From: Paraspadella gotoi
Lineage: Eukaryota > Animalia > Chaetognatha
Direction of reading: 5' to 3'
Length of the DNA: 64,000 nt
Assembly (NCBI GenBank): GCA_051294375.1
Contig: CM119265.1
Location: 1,378,161 to 1,442,160 of the forward strand
The translations under genes were made by a program, and so were the position numbers. The notes under the pieces are model-generated. The model did no database searches, was not told the DNA's origin, and worked only from the letters and a program-made list of their open reading frames with translations. Positions 1 to 14,500 of the stretch are shown one piece after another. The number at the start of each line of letters is the position of its first letter. Position 1 is the first letter of the stretch.

Positions 1-579
1 ATTTATTAATACATCCTGCATATACATTTAATATATTTAGGAAAAGAAGCATAATCATTGGTAGAAAACAGGTTTTTTGTTTTTTTCCATAAACTCATTT
101 CCACTTAAACTATTCCATCGAAACTTGATCCTGTTCAATCACACACTTTCTACCCAGCATACAAAGTTCCAGGTTCAATCAGCCATCCACTCTATGAGCA
201 ATTGGTGTTTCAAATTGTGGAATATTTTTTTTTGTTTTTTCCCATTTAAACTCATTTCCACTCGGACGATTCCATCGAAACTTCCATATCCAGCTCAATG
301 CACACACGTACTATCCTCCACACAAAATTTCCATTTTTTAAATCCATCCATCCAATCACGAGGTAATTTGGTTGTTTTTGCTAAGGTGGGACGGACGGAC
401 GGGACGGACGGACGGACGGACGGAACGGACGGACATCATTTTTTTTGCATAATTATAATAATTCGATGTTCTTGATATATATAAGTGTGTGCCGTGACAA
501 TATTGAGGGGGCGACCGACGGACCGAAAAAGTGAGGTTATAGAGTCGGGATCTGCTGATAAGCAGATCCGACTAAAAAA
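1..579 (-). mobile_element. 5' part of the long HINE-like element (cut by the window edge)
   Basis: (GGAC)n at 389-434; gtcgggatctgctgataagcagatccgactaaaaaa at ~544-579. Confidence 0.7.
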
Positions 580-703
580 CTTAGAGAATAGAAAATAGAG
601 CGTTTTTATAAATGAAAGACTAAGAATCATTTTTTTTAAATTCCCATTAATTTAAAATTGCGAATTGAGGACTTTGAGAATTTAAAAAAAGTAGAATATG
701 TAT

Positions 704-1000
704 AGGCTCTCTTTCCCAGAAACGCCCTATTTTCTGTTCCTTTATCTTATAATTTATTTTTACGCTAAATATCTAGATTAAAGACATATTTTTTAAACTT
801 ATACCCAACCCCTAATCCTGAACCCAAACCTTTATTTAACCTTAATCTCTAAGCAAAAAACAAAACTATCTTAATCCACTGCACCTAATCCCAAACTTAA
901 TCCTTAACCCAAACCTGCCTAAACTAATCTTTAATTCAAAAATTATTATATTACTAATCCGAATTAAGATGAAATAAGGGGTTCTGAGAAAAGAGAAGCC
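704..1000. mobile_element. MITE with telomere-like internal repeats
   Basis: ggctctctttcccagaaacgccctatttt … aaataaggggttctgagaaaagagaagcc. Confidence 0.55.
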
Positions 1001-3646
1001 CATAAAAATAAGATAGATAAGAAGAAGGCTCAGACATGAACAAATAGAAAGCAGATAGACAGACAGACTTTTATCATATTTCGTCTGTCTCCGAGTGCGA
1101 TCAATCTGCCCCCATGTTAGAATCATTAAGTCCGCCGGCCGCCGAGACGTCATAACCGTTAACTTTACATGTTGACATTTATCATTTCCATAAATGACTT
1201 TGCAATGGAAGGTTAAAATTGATATGATATTTAATAACCTCTTTCTGTCTCTCTCTCTTTCTTTCTTTCTCTCTCTTTCTCTCTCTGCTCTCTCTTTCTC
1301 TTCTCTTTTTTCTCTCTTCTCTCTCTTCTCTCCCTTTACTCACTCTTCCTCTGTTTACCTCTCTTCTCTCTTTATCTCTCTTTGCTCTCCCATTTACTTT
1401 CTCTCTCTCTACTCTCTCTCTGCTCTCTCTTCTTTTCTCTCTCTCTCTCTCTATCTCTCTGAATCTCTTCCTCCCTTTCTCTTCCTCCCCCTCTACCTCC
1501 CCGCTCTCTCACGTCCTTGTGATGATGATTGCATGATTGTGAGTGTGATAGTGACTCGGAGTGGTGAACTTGTGATGATTGCTGGAGTGAGGTTGTGAGC
1601 GGACGGAGTGTGAGTGGTGATGTTCTTCCCTGCGTGATGTTCGCTGTGGTTGAGTGGGCGTGTCCTCGTGATCCGTAGCTGATATGTGAACCGTCGTCCC
1701 TGCGTCTTTCTTCTCTTTCTTGCTTGTGATTGACTGTGAACGTTTGGGTCTTTCGTCGTTGTTGTTGATTGTTGTTGCCGGTTGAGTCTGTAAGAGGATT
1801 TAATTTTTATTTGTAATATTCATTCGTCTTTAGTCAGAAAAAAACGTTTTTTTTCCCTCTGAATGTCAAATTTCGCCCCACGTTTTTTCGAATGCGCCCT
1901 ATGTTTCAACTGAAATTCATAGTTAAAGTTTATTTTTCGATTGAGATTTTAGGTTTGAGTTTGGAGATAAGAATTAGGAAAGGAATTTGGTTTAGAGTAA
2001 TGTTTGAGTTGATATTTAGGTTTACTGATTAAGGTTAAACATTTAATAAATAAGGTTTAGGAGTATAGGGTTTAAATTAATAAATAAAGGGTTATAAATT
2101 TAGGATTTAAATTAATTAAATAAGTGGGTTAGGGAGTTAGGGTTTTCAATTAAATAATTAGGGTTTAGGGAATAAGGTTTAAATTAGATAAATAATGGTT
2201 AGTGGATTAAGGTTTTAATTTAATAAATAAGGTTAGGATTATAGAAAAAATTATAAATAATGGTTAAGGATTAGGGCGTTTAAATTATAAAAACGATTAG
2301 ATAAGGGTTTGAATTAATAAGATAAGGGTTAGCATTTAGAGGGATTATGGTGACTATAAAAATATAATTTTGTATAGAAAAGAAATTAGAGCACAGATAT
2401 TAGAATTAAAATTAATATTTTAAAGAATATAAATAAAAATGGGGCACTCACGAAATAGTACCCAAATTTATTTACCTTACATACCAATACATAATAATCA
2501 AGATAATGGTCGACAAAAAAAAAAAACTTAGAAAATGGATGAAAATCTTTCTTCTTATTAAAAGACGCGAGAAAATTAATATTTAATTTTGTGTGATAGG
2601 CGAACAACTTTAATTATTTTTTTGCTTAATTTCTGAAAGTAGAATATTGTAGTTTAGAAGATGTTTGGCTGAATGTTTTTCTAGGGATGAAAAGAGTCTA
2701 TTATTTTGTGAAGAAGCTCTTCGAAAGCTGTAATAACATAAAGAAAATAAAGTGATGTTTCATTCACAGTAAAATTACCCTTAATGTTGAAATAGGATTG
2801 TCTGCATTAGATTGTGTTGACAGCCGTAAGAAACAATTGAACCTTAATTTACACGAATATATAATAAAATTGTCCTGAAAACTAACACCCTCGTGGAAGA
2901 GGAAGAGTTAGTATTACTTAACTGTACGTAGGAGAGTGTAGATAAGAAACTTGGAAAGAAATCGAGAGGAAAGAAGAGAAAGAAGAAACCAAAAAGCGAT
3001 TAGAGAACTAAATCATGTTAATAACAATACTACTCTAGTTTAAAAAAGAATATTTACTCAAATATAACATATAAATAAAGTAAAAAGTAATGGTCGGTGA
3101 ATAACTTCACGTTGTTCACGTCATGGTTTGACGAGTCTAAGGTGGTGCGATACTAATTAGAAAACACTAATAAAAGTCTAATCTATGAAGTATTACTTGC
3201 TGTTAGGAGGATATTGTAAAATGAGCTGTGGGCTATATATCACTATATGACAAAAAAAAAGAAGAAAATGTCTACACTGTAAAAGAAATTTCTTTATTCA
3301 CTAGGAAAGACGATTGCCCGGAAAAGTTTAAATATAATTTTAAACGCGGAGCGACAAAATTTTGCAGTGAAATAGTTCATTTTGAACGGGATAAACGTTG
3401 CAACAACTTTTTCCGTCATAAATACATGATGCTATTTTAATCCCGGAGATTGGCGTAGGATATTTCAAAAAGTGAAAGCAATTACAATGGCTGGGTAAGA
3501 AACGAATACATTGTTAGGTTTTAAGAAACGCAAGGAGAGTTCAGCAATCTGCCAAGATGCGGAGTGCGCCAATAGTTACAGAGAGAGATTCGTGTAGACT
3601 TAAGATGATCGTGGCCTATTTACATTTCAATTAAAGAGAATGTTTT

Positions 3647-4198
3647 TGAGAAGTTTTTTGAGTCTGTTGTAAGGACTCGAAAACTGTTGTGTTGTGTGGT
3701 TTGGTTGTGCTTTTTGTTATGTGTTTGGATAAAATTATTACTTATATTTTTGAATAAATTGATGATTTCTCAATTTAATTAACGTGATTTCCTCTGCCAT
3801 GTTCAATTGTTCTAAACATTTAAGCTCTTAGTGTTAATGTTCAAAATTAGTAGGCGTCACTAATCGTAAGCAGAAAAAAAAAGGTTGGGCGATGTCGAAG
3901 ATAAATTTTCCGTAAAAACTCTAAACTTTTTTGAAGAAGTACTTTTGTTTCTCTGGTGCATAAACCTGAGATGGTACAAACATTTGAGTAAAGAAAGAAA
4001 GTATTCGCCGTTTAAGCTGAGGTCCGGGCATGGCGATTGTTGTGGTCTGGCTTAAATAGATTTTTATCTTTGCCGTCGGTGTGTTCGTTGGAGCCAATAA
4101 AGATATTTGGTTGGTGACTGACTTTCAGAAAGCCGTAGCCTGCGTGCTCTGCTCTCTCTCTGCGGGTCTGCTGCTCTGCTCTCTTCTCTTTCTCTCGG

Positions 4199-4232
<34 letters not shown>

Positions 4233-5196
4233 AATCGCTCAAGTCGCTCGTTCTCGCCAATTTAGTGTTCAGACCTTTCCCCTCCCTCTCTCTCTCCTCT
4301 CTCTCTGCTATCTGGGTCTCTCTCTGCTCGTCTCTCTCTCTCGTCTCGCTTTGTCTCTCTCTCTCTCGGTCGAGCTCGTGCTCGACGGTCTCTCGCCGCC
4401 TCTACCCGTCCCTGCTGCGTGCTCGTGCGTCGTGCATGCCGTGGGCTCGCCTCTCGTACTTCGCCCTCTCCGTTGCGCATCTAAGTCGAGTCAGCCACTC
4501 CTCCCNNNNNNNNNNNNNNNNNNNNNNNNNGAGAGAGAGAGAGAGAGAGAGAGAGAGGTAAGTTTTGAAAGTCAGTCAACAACAAATATTTATGGCTCCA
4601 ACGAAAAACGAGGAAAGATAAAATCTAATTTAAGCAGAAAAAAATGAGAAGTTTTTTGAGTCTGTTGTAAGGACTCGAAAACTGTTGTGTTGTGTGGTTT
4701 GGTTGTGCTTTTTGTTATGTGTTTGGATAAAATTATTACTTATATTTTTGAATAAATTGATGATTTCTCAATTTAATTAACGTGATTTCCTCTGCCATGT
4801 TCAATTGTTCTAAACATTTAAGCTCTTAGTGTTAATGTTCAAAATTAGTAGGCGTCACTAATCGTAAGCAGAAAAAAAAAGGTTGGGCGATGTCGAAGAT
4901 AAATTTTCCGTAAAAACTCTAAACTTTTTTGAAGAAGTACTTTTGTTTCTCTGGTGCATAAACCTGAGATGGTACAAACATTTGAGTAAAGAAAGAAAGT
5001 ATTCGCCGTTTAAGCTGAGGTCCGGGCATGGCGATTGTTGTGGTCTGGCTTAAATAGATTTTTATCTTTGCCGTCGGTGTGTTCGTTGGAGCCAATAAAG
5101 ATATTTGGTTGGTGACTGACTTTCAGAAAGCCGTAGCCTGCGTGCTCTGCTCTCTCTCTGCGGGTCTGCTGCTCTGCTCTCTTCTCTTTCTCTCGG

Positions 5197-5230
<34 letters not shown>

Positions 5231-5503
5231 AATCGCTCAAGTCGCTCGTTCTCGCCAATTTAGTGTTCAGACCTTTCCCCTCCCTCTCTCTCTCCTCTCT
5301 CTCTGCTATCTGGGTCTCTCTCTGCTCGTCTCTCTCTCTCGTCTCGCTTTGTCTCTCTCTCTCTCGGTCGAGCTCGTGCTCGACGGTCTCTCGCCGCCTC
5401 TACCCGTCCCTGCTGCGTGCTCGTGCGTCGTGCATGCCGTGGGCTCGCCTCTCGTACTTCGCCCTCTCCGTTGCGCATCTAAGTCGAGTCAGCCACTCCT
5501 CCC
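3647..5503 (+). repeat. Apparently identical 859-bp direct duplication across a 25-N gap
   Basis: 3647-4505 = 4645-5503 (offset 998; same track ORFs at 4081 and 5079). Confidence 0.9.
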
Positions 5504-7249
5504 TCCCGTCGGACGTCGCGTCGGATGACGCAACCACGAGAGTGAGGCGTCGTCGCCCGAATTCGTCGTATGACGGAGACGGCGACCAAGGCGAGTCGTG
5601 CGTATGACGGTGGAGCGATCGTTCGCGGCGATCCGTCGTATTGAATGCTCTCTGCTGGTTTNNNNNNNNNNNNNNNNNNNNNNNNNAAAATTCTCAAAAC
5701 ATTTCTTTAATTGAAAATGTAAATAGGAGGATCATATAAGTTACAGAATTTCTCTGTAACTATTGCATGCATCTTGCAGATTGTGTAACTTTGGTTTTTA
5801 AAACCTAAAATGTATTGTTTCTTACCAGATTGGTAATTACTTCAACTTTTTGAAATATCTAAGCCAATACCGGATTAAAAGCATCATGTATTTATGACGG
5901 AAAAAGTTGTGCAACTTTATACGCCGTTCAAAATGAACTATTTCACTGCAAAAATTTTGTCGCTCCGCGTTTAAAATTATATTTAAACTTTTCGGAATCG
6001 TCTCCTAGTGAATAAACAAAATTTCTTTACAGTGTAGACATTTCTTCTTTTTTTTTTGTCATATAGTGATATATAGACAGTATTTTACAATATCTCTAAA
6101 AGAAGTAATATTATAGATTAGACTTTTATTAGTGTTTTCTAATTAGTATGAATTAGACTCGTAAACCATGACGTGAACAAAGTGAAGTTAATTACGACAT
6201 TATTTTATTTATTTATATGTATATTTGAGTAATATTTTTTTAAAACTAGAGTAGTATTTGTTATTAACATGATTTAGTCTAATCGCTTATTTGGTTTCTT
6301 TTTTCTTTTTTTTTCCTTTTTAAGTTTCTTATTAAACTCTCTTAGTAAGTTAGTATACTAATCTTTCTTTAGAGGGTTAGTTTTCAGGACAATTTATTAT
6401 ATATTCGTGTAAATTAAGTTCAATTGCTCTTAGGCTTGTCAAAAAATCTATGAGACATCCTATTTCAACATTAGGTAATTTTATTATGAAACATCACTTA
6501 TTTTCTTTATGTTATTACAGCTTTCAGAGCTTCTCACAAAAAATAGATCTTTTCATTAGAAAACATCAGCCAAACAAAATCTTCTAAAACTAAATATTCT
6601 ACTTTCACGAAATTAGCAAAAAAATAATTAAATATTTTCGTCGCGTCCTTTTATAAGAAGAAGATTTCATCATTTTTAGTTTTTTTTTTTTGTCGACATT
6701 TCTTGGATTTTATGTATTGGTATGTAAGGTAAATAAATTTGGGTACTATTTTCCGTGAGTGCCCCATTTTTATTTATATTCTTTAAATTTAATTTTAATT
6801 CTAATATCTTGCTCTAGTTTTTTTATTAAAATTTATTTTTATCCATAATCCTTAATCCCTAACCTTATTTATTAATTCAAACCCTTATCTTAATTGTATT
6901 TATTAATTTAAACCCCTAATCCTTAACCATTATTTATTAATTTAAACCCTAATCCCTAACCCTTATTTATTAATTTAAATCCTAATTTATAACCTTTATT
7001 TATTAATTTAAACCCTAATCCCTAAACCTTATTTATTAATGTTTAACCTTAATCTGTAAACCTAATATCAACCAAAACTCTAACCAAATTCCTTCCCTAA
7101 TCCTTATCTCCAACTCCAAACCTTAATATCAAACCGAAAAATAAACTTAATTATGAATTTAAGTTGAAATAGGGCGCATTCGAAGGGAAAAAACGTTTTT
7201 TCTTACTAAAACGATGAATATTACAAATAAAAATTAAATCCTGTTACAG

Positions 7250-9094
7250 ACTCAACCCGGCAACAACAACAAGAACAACGACGACAACAACAACGTCAAC
7301 AACAACAACAACGACGAAGACCCAAACGTTCACATCATCACAAGAAGAAGAGAAGAAAGACGCAGGGACGACGTCACATCAGCTACGATCACGAGGACAC
7401 GCCCACTCACCACAGCGAACATCACGAGGGAAAACATCACCACTCACACTCGTCCGCTCACACTCACTCCAGCAATCATCACAAGTCTCACCACGTCGAG
7501 GTCATATCACCTCACCACATCGATCATCTCATCACAAGGTTTGAGAGAGGGGACGAAGCTAACATGGAGTGAAGGGGAGGGGAAAAGGGGGATGAGATTA
7601 GAGGTAACTGGAGAGAGAGAGAGGGAAATGGAGGCGAGAGAGAAGAGGTAATAGACGGAGAGAAGGGTAAATGGAGAGACGCAAAGAGAGAAAGTAAACA
7701 CAGAGAGAGTTGAGATAGGAGAGTAAGGAGAGAGAAAGAGAGCAAAGAAAGCAGGAAAGAGAAGAAGCAAAGGAGAAAGATCCTGCTGAGAGCCCAGCAG
7801 CACGAGGAATAGAGAGAGAAAGAAAGAAAGAGAGAGAGAGAGAAAGAGGTTATTTAATATAATATCAATTTTACCTTCCATTGCAAAGTCATTTATGGAA
7901 ATGATAAATGTCAACTGTAAAGTTAACGGTTATGACGTCTCGGCGGCCGGCGGCCTTAATGATTCTAACTTGGAGGCAGATTGATCGCAGCTCGGAGACA
8001 GACGAAATATGATAAAAGTCTGTCTGTCTATCTCTTTCTATTTGTATGTCTGTGCCTTTCTCCTTATCTAATCTTATTTTTATGGGCTCTCTTTTCTCAG
8101 AACCCCTTATTTCATCTTAAATTCGGATTTAGTAATATGAATAATTTTTTGAATTAAAGATTAGTTAGCTGGTTTGGGTTAAGGATTAAGTTTGGGATTA
8201 GGTGAGTGATTAAGATAGGTTTTGTTTTTGCTTAGAGATTAGGGTTAAAAATAAAGGTTTGGGTTCAGGATTAGGGGTTGGGTTATAAGTTTAAAAATAT
8301 GTTTAATCTAGATATTTAGCTAAAAAATAAATTATAAGATAAAGGAACAGAAATAGGGCGTTCTGGGAAAAGAGAGCCTATAATATTACTTTTTTTAAAT
8401 TCTCAAGTCTCAATTCGCAATTTTAATTATGGAATTTAAAAAAAAATGATTCTTAGTCTTTCATTTATAAAAACGCTCTATTTCTATTCTTAAGTTTTTA
8501 GTCGGNNNNNNNNNNAACTTGTTTAACTTAATTTTAACCTTAATATATAACCAAACCCAAAGCCTTATCCCAAACCATAATTTTTAACTCTCATCTTTAA
8601 CCTTAACCTAATCTTTAACCCTAACCCTAACCCTAAACCTAAGTTCCTAACGCTAATCCCTAACCCTAATCACTAAACTAATCTTTATTCCTTAACCTTT
8701 TCTCTAACCTTTACCCTAATTTTATTATGAATTTTTAATGAAATTGGAGAAAATTAGGCCGAAATATTTTTTCTTGAAAATAATGAGTTTTATGCGATAA
8801 ATATAATTTTTTTGGATTGGGGGAAAACAAAATTGACTACATAAGTATTTTTTATAATTCCTTCCTTTTTTTGATTGGATGAATTTTACAACAATTGAGA
8901 GAGAAAGTCTACGCAAGTCTTATTTAGCTTTTTTAAGTTTTAAAAAATGGTCACAGTTTCACAGCTGAGTAAATTAAGTAAATCAAGTTTCATTTGCAAT
9001 TCTGTCTTGAAGCCGCTTCGTCTTCAGAGCAAAGTTGACAACGTGAAACGATTATGATATTTCGTTTTTTTCATGTGTTTAATATTTATCTATC

Positions 9095-9132
<38 letters not shown>

Positions 9133-9499
9133 AAAGCCGAGGAGAATAGAGAAAGAGAGATGAGGGAGGAGAGAAAGGAAAATGAGAGAGAGAGACATGG
9201 AGAAGGGAGAGACCGAGAGAGGAAAAGAAGAATGAAAGAGAGAAACGAGAAGAAGAGAGAGGGAGGAGATGAGAGAGAAGAGGTTACTAGATTTCNNNNN
9301 NNNNNNNNNNNNNNNNNNNNNNNNNNNNNNNNNNNNNNNNNNNNNNNNNNNNNNNNNNNNNNNNNNNNNNNNNNNNNNNNNNNNNNNNNNNNGCTTGAAG
9401 CAAAAAATAAACTATCTCCTAATTTACAACTTTTCACTTGGTTAATTTTGTTGAAAATTTAATAAAAGTGGTGAACTTCTTTGATAAAGCAAATACAAA

Positions 9500-9590
<91 letters not shown>

Positions 9591-10309
9591 AGAAATAAAT
9601 AAATAAATAAATAAATACAACGAAAATGTATTTTATTGATTCACCATATTTCTGAACCAAAAATATGTCTCTAAAAATTGTTGTCAACAGTAATAATTTC
9701 TTTTAAAGGAGAGAAAATGATTTTGAGGGGAATGACTAATGAGAGAGAGACACTCTAATGAGAGAGAGACACTCTAATGAGAGAGAGACACTCTAATGAG
9801 AGAGAGACACTCTAAGAAATAAATTGAGTCGTAAGCTCCAAATTAATTACGATAGAGAGAAATTTTGAGGGCAGCTTAATACTATTTTCGAGGTTCCAGT
9901 TAAAGAATTTTACGAGCGAGAGAAATTATCGATTTTATTGTCAAATTAGGAAAATTATGAGATAGAAAAGGGATAGAAAAGGGATAGAAAAGGGATGGAA
10001 AAGGGATAGAAAGGAAAGTAATTAGAGAGAAAGTAGAGATATGAAAAAGGGAAGAGAAAAAATAAGGAAAGGAAAAGAACTTAGCAAAGGGAAAAGAAAG
10101 GAGAGATCTTCTTTGACGACAACAACAATAAAATGAATAAAAACAAGAGATTGAAAATTCATTATGAATTTCAAATAAACTAAACGAAGCTTTCGTTTTC
10201 TTTTCTTTTATATATATCTTTTATATACAAACTTCTCGAATATAAATTTTACTCCCAAGATTAATCGCTTCATCTATATTTCTTTCCTTTCTTTTCGTCC
10301 AACACCACG

Positions 10310-10355
<46 letters not shown>

Positions 10356-11236
10356 CTCTCCCCTCCTCTCCTCTATTCTCCCTCTCCATCTCTCTCCATC
10401 TCTCTCTATCTCTCTCTCTACTCTCTCTCTCTCTCTTTCTCTCCCCCTCTCTCTCCCTCTCTCTCCCTCTACCCCACAGATCACCATCATCATCATCATC
10501 ATCACCACAAACATCGAGGATCGACTCACTCACACTATTCCGATCACCACCGATATTCGAATGAAGTAAAGAGTGAGACTCACGATCATCACTCGACTGT
10601 GGAGAATCACAAGAGCGAGAAGAGGAGGAGAAGAAGGAGGAAGAGGAGTAAGTTCTTGTTGTTGTTGTTGTTGTTGTTGTTCTAACTTGATGGTGATATT
10701 AAAAAGAGGAAGAGGTTGTTATTTTTGTTGTTGTTGTTGTTGTTCAGTTTTTAAAGTTGTTAGAGATGTTGTTGTTGTTGTTGTTATCTCAGTTGCCTTA
10801 TTTTACAAGAACACCCGATGTGATTAGGGTTAGGGATTAATTATAAAATATATTAAATATAAATATTAAAGTATTGGATAAATGAACAAAAATGGGGCAC
10901 TATCGGAAAAGAGAGCCAAGAAATGGGGCACTCTCGGAAAAGAGAGCCGAGAAATTGGGCACTTTCAGAAAAGAAAGCCAAGAAATGAGGCACTCTCGGA
11001 AAAGAGAGCCCAAAAAGGAAAGTGAGCTTTCTGGTTGTTGTTATGATTTGTTTGTTTTTTTGTTGTCGTTGTTGTTTTTAGCCTCTTGATCTCCTTTTTT
11101 TCTCGTCGTCGTCGTCGTCGTCTTTTCAATTAGTTTCGGTTTTTAACCATTAATTAATTTTTGTTCTTTTTTCTTTTTTCTGAATATCAGATTTTCCTTC
11201 AGTCATCAGACTTTTGGTCTCCGAAGCATAAACGAC

Positions 11237-11280
<44 letters not shown>

Positions 11281-11524
11281 AGGAAGAAGAAGAAGAAAAA
11301 ACATTTGACGAAAACAAAAAGAAACACAAAAAAATGTTTTGGTTTCTGCGCGAGGCATTTTATATTTCTTTTTCTTTTTCTTATTTTTTTTTTTGACTTA
11401 TTTTTTAACATTTTTTTTAACATTTTTATTTTGTAATTCTAATTTTTTTAATTCTTAAGTTCAATTTAACGTACGATTCGCTATTTTTTCACTCAATTCA
11501 AAAATGTACAAAATTGACAATGAC

Positions 11525-11594
<70 letters not shown>

Positions 11595-14500
11595 GCTCTC
11601 TCTCTCTCTTTTGTCCATCCTGAACCCTTTTTTTATTATAAATTCATTTAAATTGTTCTTTGTTCATTGTCCAATTATTTTTTTAGGCAAACCTATATAA
11701 ATTTTTTAATGTTAGAAAAAATGGATTTTTTTTGTGAAGAGAGAAACAAGTTTGAGCCAACAATGTCGGATCTGCCCACGATCATTATCGGTAATTAATT
11801 AATAATAATTAATTAATAATTAATTCAAGTTAATTAATTATTTAATAATTATAATAATTAATTTATTCATGTTAATTATTTAATTAATTAGGCAATTAAT
11901 TAATTAATTTGATCACAAATGTTTGTTTTGATTGATTAATTGACTGATAATTAATTATTGATTAATTAATTGACTAATTGATTAATTAACTGATTAATTA
12001 TTTGATTAATTAATACATCTTGCATTTACATTTAAAATAAAAAGAAAAGAAGCTTAATCAATTAGTGAAATAGGTTCTTTGTTTTTTCTATTTAAACTCA
12101 TTTCCACTCAACGATTCCATCGAAACTTGATTTCCAGTTTAATAATACACTTTTCTACCCAAATACAAAATTTCAAGTCAATCGCGAAAATTGTGAAATA
12201 TATTTTTTTCTTTTTTTCCCTTTAAACTTATTTCCACTCAAATGATTCCATGGAATCTTCATATACAGGTCAATCACACACTTTCCTACCCACACACAAA
12301 ATTTCATTCCAATCCATCCATCCAATCATGAGTAATTAGTGTTTTTTGCTAAGGTGGGACGGACGGACGGACGGACGGACGGACGGACTGACGGACTGAT
12401 GGATGGACGGATGGACGGACTGAGGGACTGAGGGACTGACGGACGGATGGACGGACGGACAGACGGACGGATGGACATTTTTTTTTTGCATAATTTATCA
12501 TAATTCGATATTCTGACATGATATAAGTGACTGCCTGACAATATTGAGGGGGTGGACCGACAAACCGACAAAGTGAATTATAGAGTCGGGATCTGCTGAA
12601 AGCAGATCCGACTAAAAAAAGTAATCAATCGATTCAACACAAAAAAAAAGAGAAAAAAGTTGAAAATCGATTTTTCATTAATTTTTTTTGTCGGATTTTT
12701 CTTTTCCCATTTTTAAAAGTCACGGAATTTGCTAAAGGTAAATATTTAAAAAAATATATATGCAATGAAAGCAAATTGATTGCTCAGGGCACAATAATTG
12801 CACTAAAGGAAGTAATTAGCATGAAACGCAAACGCACTATGTATGTCTCATTAACTAAGCATGTCTGATTAATTAAGCTTGTCTCATTAACTAAGCTTTT
12901 TTTATTTTTAATACCAACAGTATTAACATTAACTAAGCTTGTCTCATTAACTTTTGGCAAAACAAAAACTAACATCTTTTTGAAAATTTAGTTAATTGCA
13001 CAAAGTAATTAAAATAATTTGGATTTAACGAATTGTGATTGCATAGCGACCGAGGGAAAGAATCACATGATCGCATGATCGCATGATCGCATGATCGCAT
13101 GATCGCATGATCGCTTCAAAATAACACTTTGATCGCAACTGACATAAACAACAACAACCATAAACAAACATTATGGATTTTTTTTAAATAAAAGAGTTTT
13201 TAAAATGTAAATTGGAGTGTGAACGCTCTCCAAAAATTAAAATAACCTAAAAAAATTTCATATAACTACTATTTTATAATCATCTATACCACATTAAGCT
13301 AATGATGTTCTTAAGACTGAAAAACGTTTTTTTTTATCGATAGTGACTCAGTCTGACCCCAAACTCAGTATGACCCCAAACGTCCTCAGATTTACCCCAA
13401 ACTGACCCCGATTTTTTTTCAGACAAGAAAAAGAGACACAACTAAAATTTTGACTTGGAGAGATTAAGAGGCTTTTTCCCGATTTCTTTTTTCTTGATTT
13501 ATTTTTTTAAATTAAAAAAAATATTTCGGTTTCTTTTTTTTGCTTTTTTAAATAATTTTTGCTTAATCATTTTTTTTTCTTTTATATTTTTTCTTCCTCC
13601 CCTTCTTTTTCTCCTCTTTTAGAAAAATTATAAAATTTAAAAAAAATATTCTAATTGAAAAATTATGAAAGTGAAAAAATTATGCTAATTAAAAAAATTA
13701 TTCAAATTGAAAATATTATGCAAGTTTAAAAAACTATGCATGTTGAAAAAATTATGAACGATGAATTTAAGTAAATTAATTTCAATTTAAGTAAATTAAA
13801 CAAAGTGATGTAAGTTTAAATAATGAATAAAATATTTAAACTATAATTTTTATATATTTTTTTTAGAATATTTTGTTTTTCATCAGTTTCAAATGCACTG
13901 ATGAAGAACAAAAATTATTGTTCGAAAGATGTCTGCATTTAATAATAATAAAAATTCGTTGTGAAAATCAAATATCTGTTTCTAAATATTCAACCAACGA
14001 AAACAAAAAGAAAACAAACAAATAATTTTTTTTTCAAATTATAAAATATTTTTTACCGAAGTAACAGTTCATTTTAATTTCTTGAAAGCGATTTACATGA
14101 ATTGGCGCTGGCACTTTTCCATTTTTCCTCCTTTCTTAATTTCCTCCTTTCCTCTCTTTGTCTTCCTTTCCTTTTTCTCTCTTCCTCCCTTTCCTCCCTC
14201 GTGAATATTTTGACTTGGAAAGTGAAGAGACCAACTGACTGACCTCAGAACCAAACGATTTCACATGAAACCGGAAACTCTATATATATAACTTTATATC
14301 TTTTTACATCGAATATAAACGTAGCGGATGTGGAAGAAAATAAAACATTTAAAGCCTCAACTTTTTTATAATCATAAAAAAACTTCATTTAATTAGCTTT
14401 GGATATATTTTTTTTTCTGTCCAAAAAAAAACATAGCTATTAGTATTAAAAATATTATTAGTACAATTAATAGGTTTAACCATCTGTATTTTAGCTTCAA

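Larger units (their letters stand above)
567..8505. repeat. ~3-kb inverted duplication (567-3657 vs 5687-8505)
   Basis: The arms are colinear reverse complements differing by dense small indels; the right arm starts at a 25-N gap. Confidence 0.85.

Noticed and set aside
8560-8720. Telomere or chromosome fusion site
   Set aside because: Degenerate TAACCC tracts sit inside a dispersed MITE family.
11203-11360. Extra Arg-rich exon of the His-rich gene
   Set aside because: It is mainly a (CGA)n microsatellite with no clear donor, and the flanking exons already join in phase without it.
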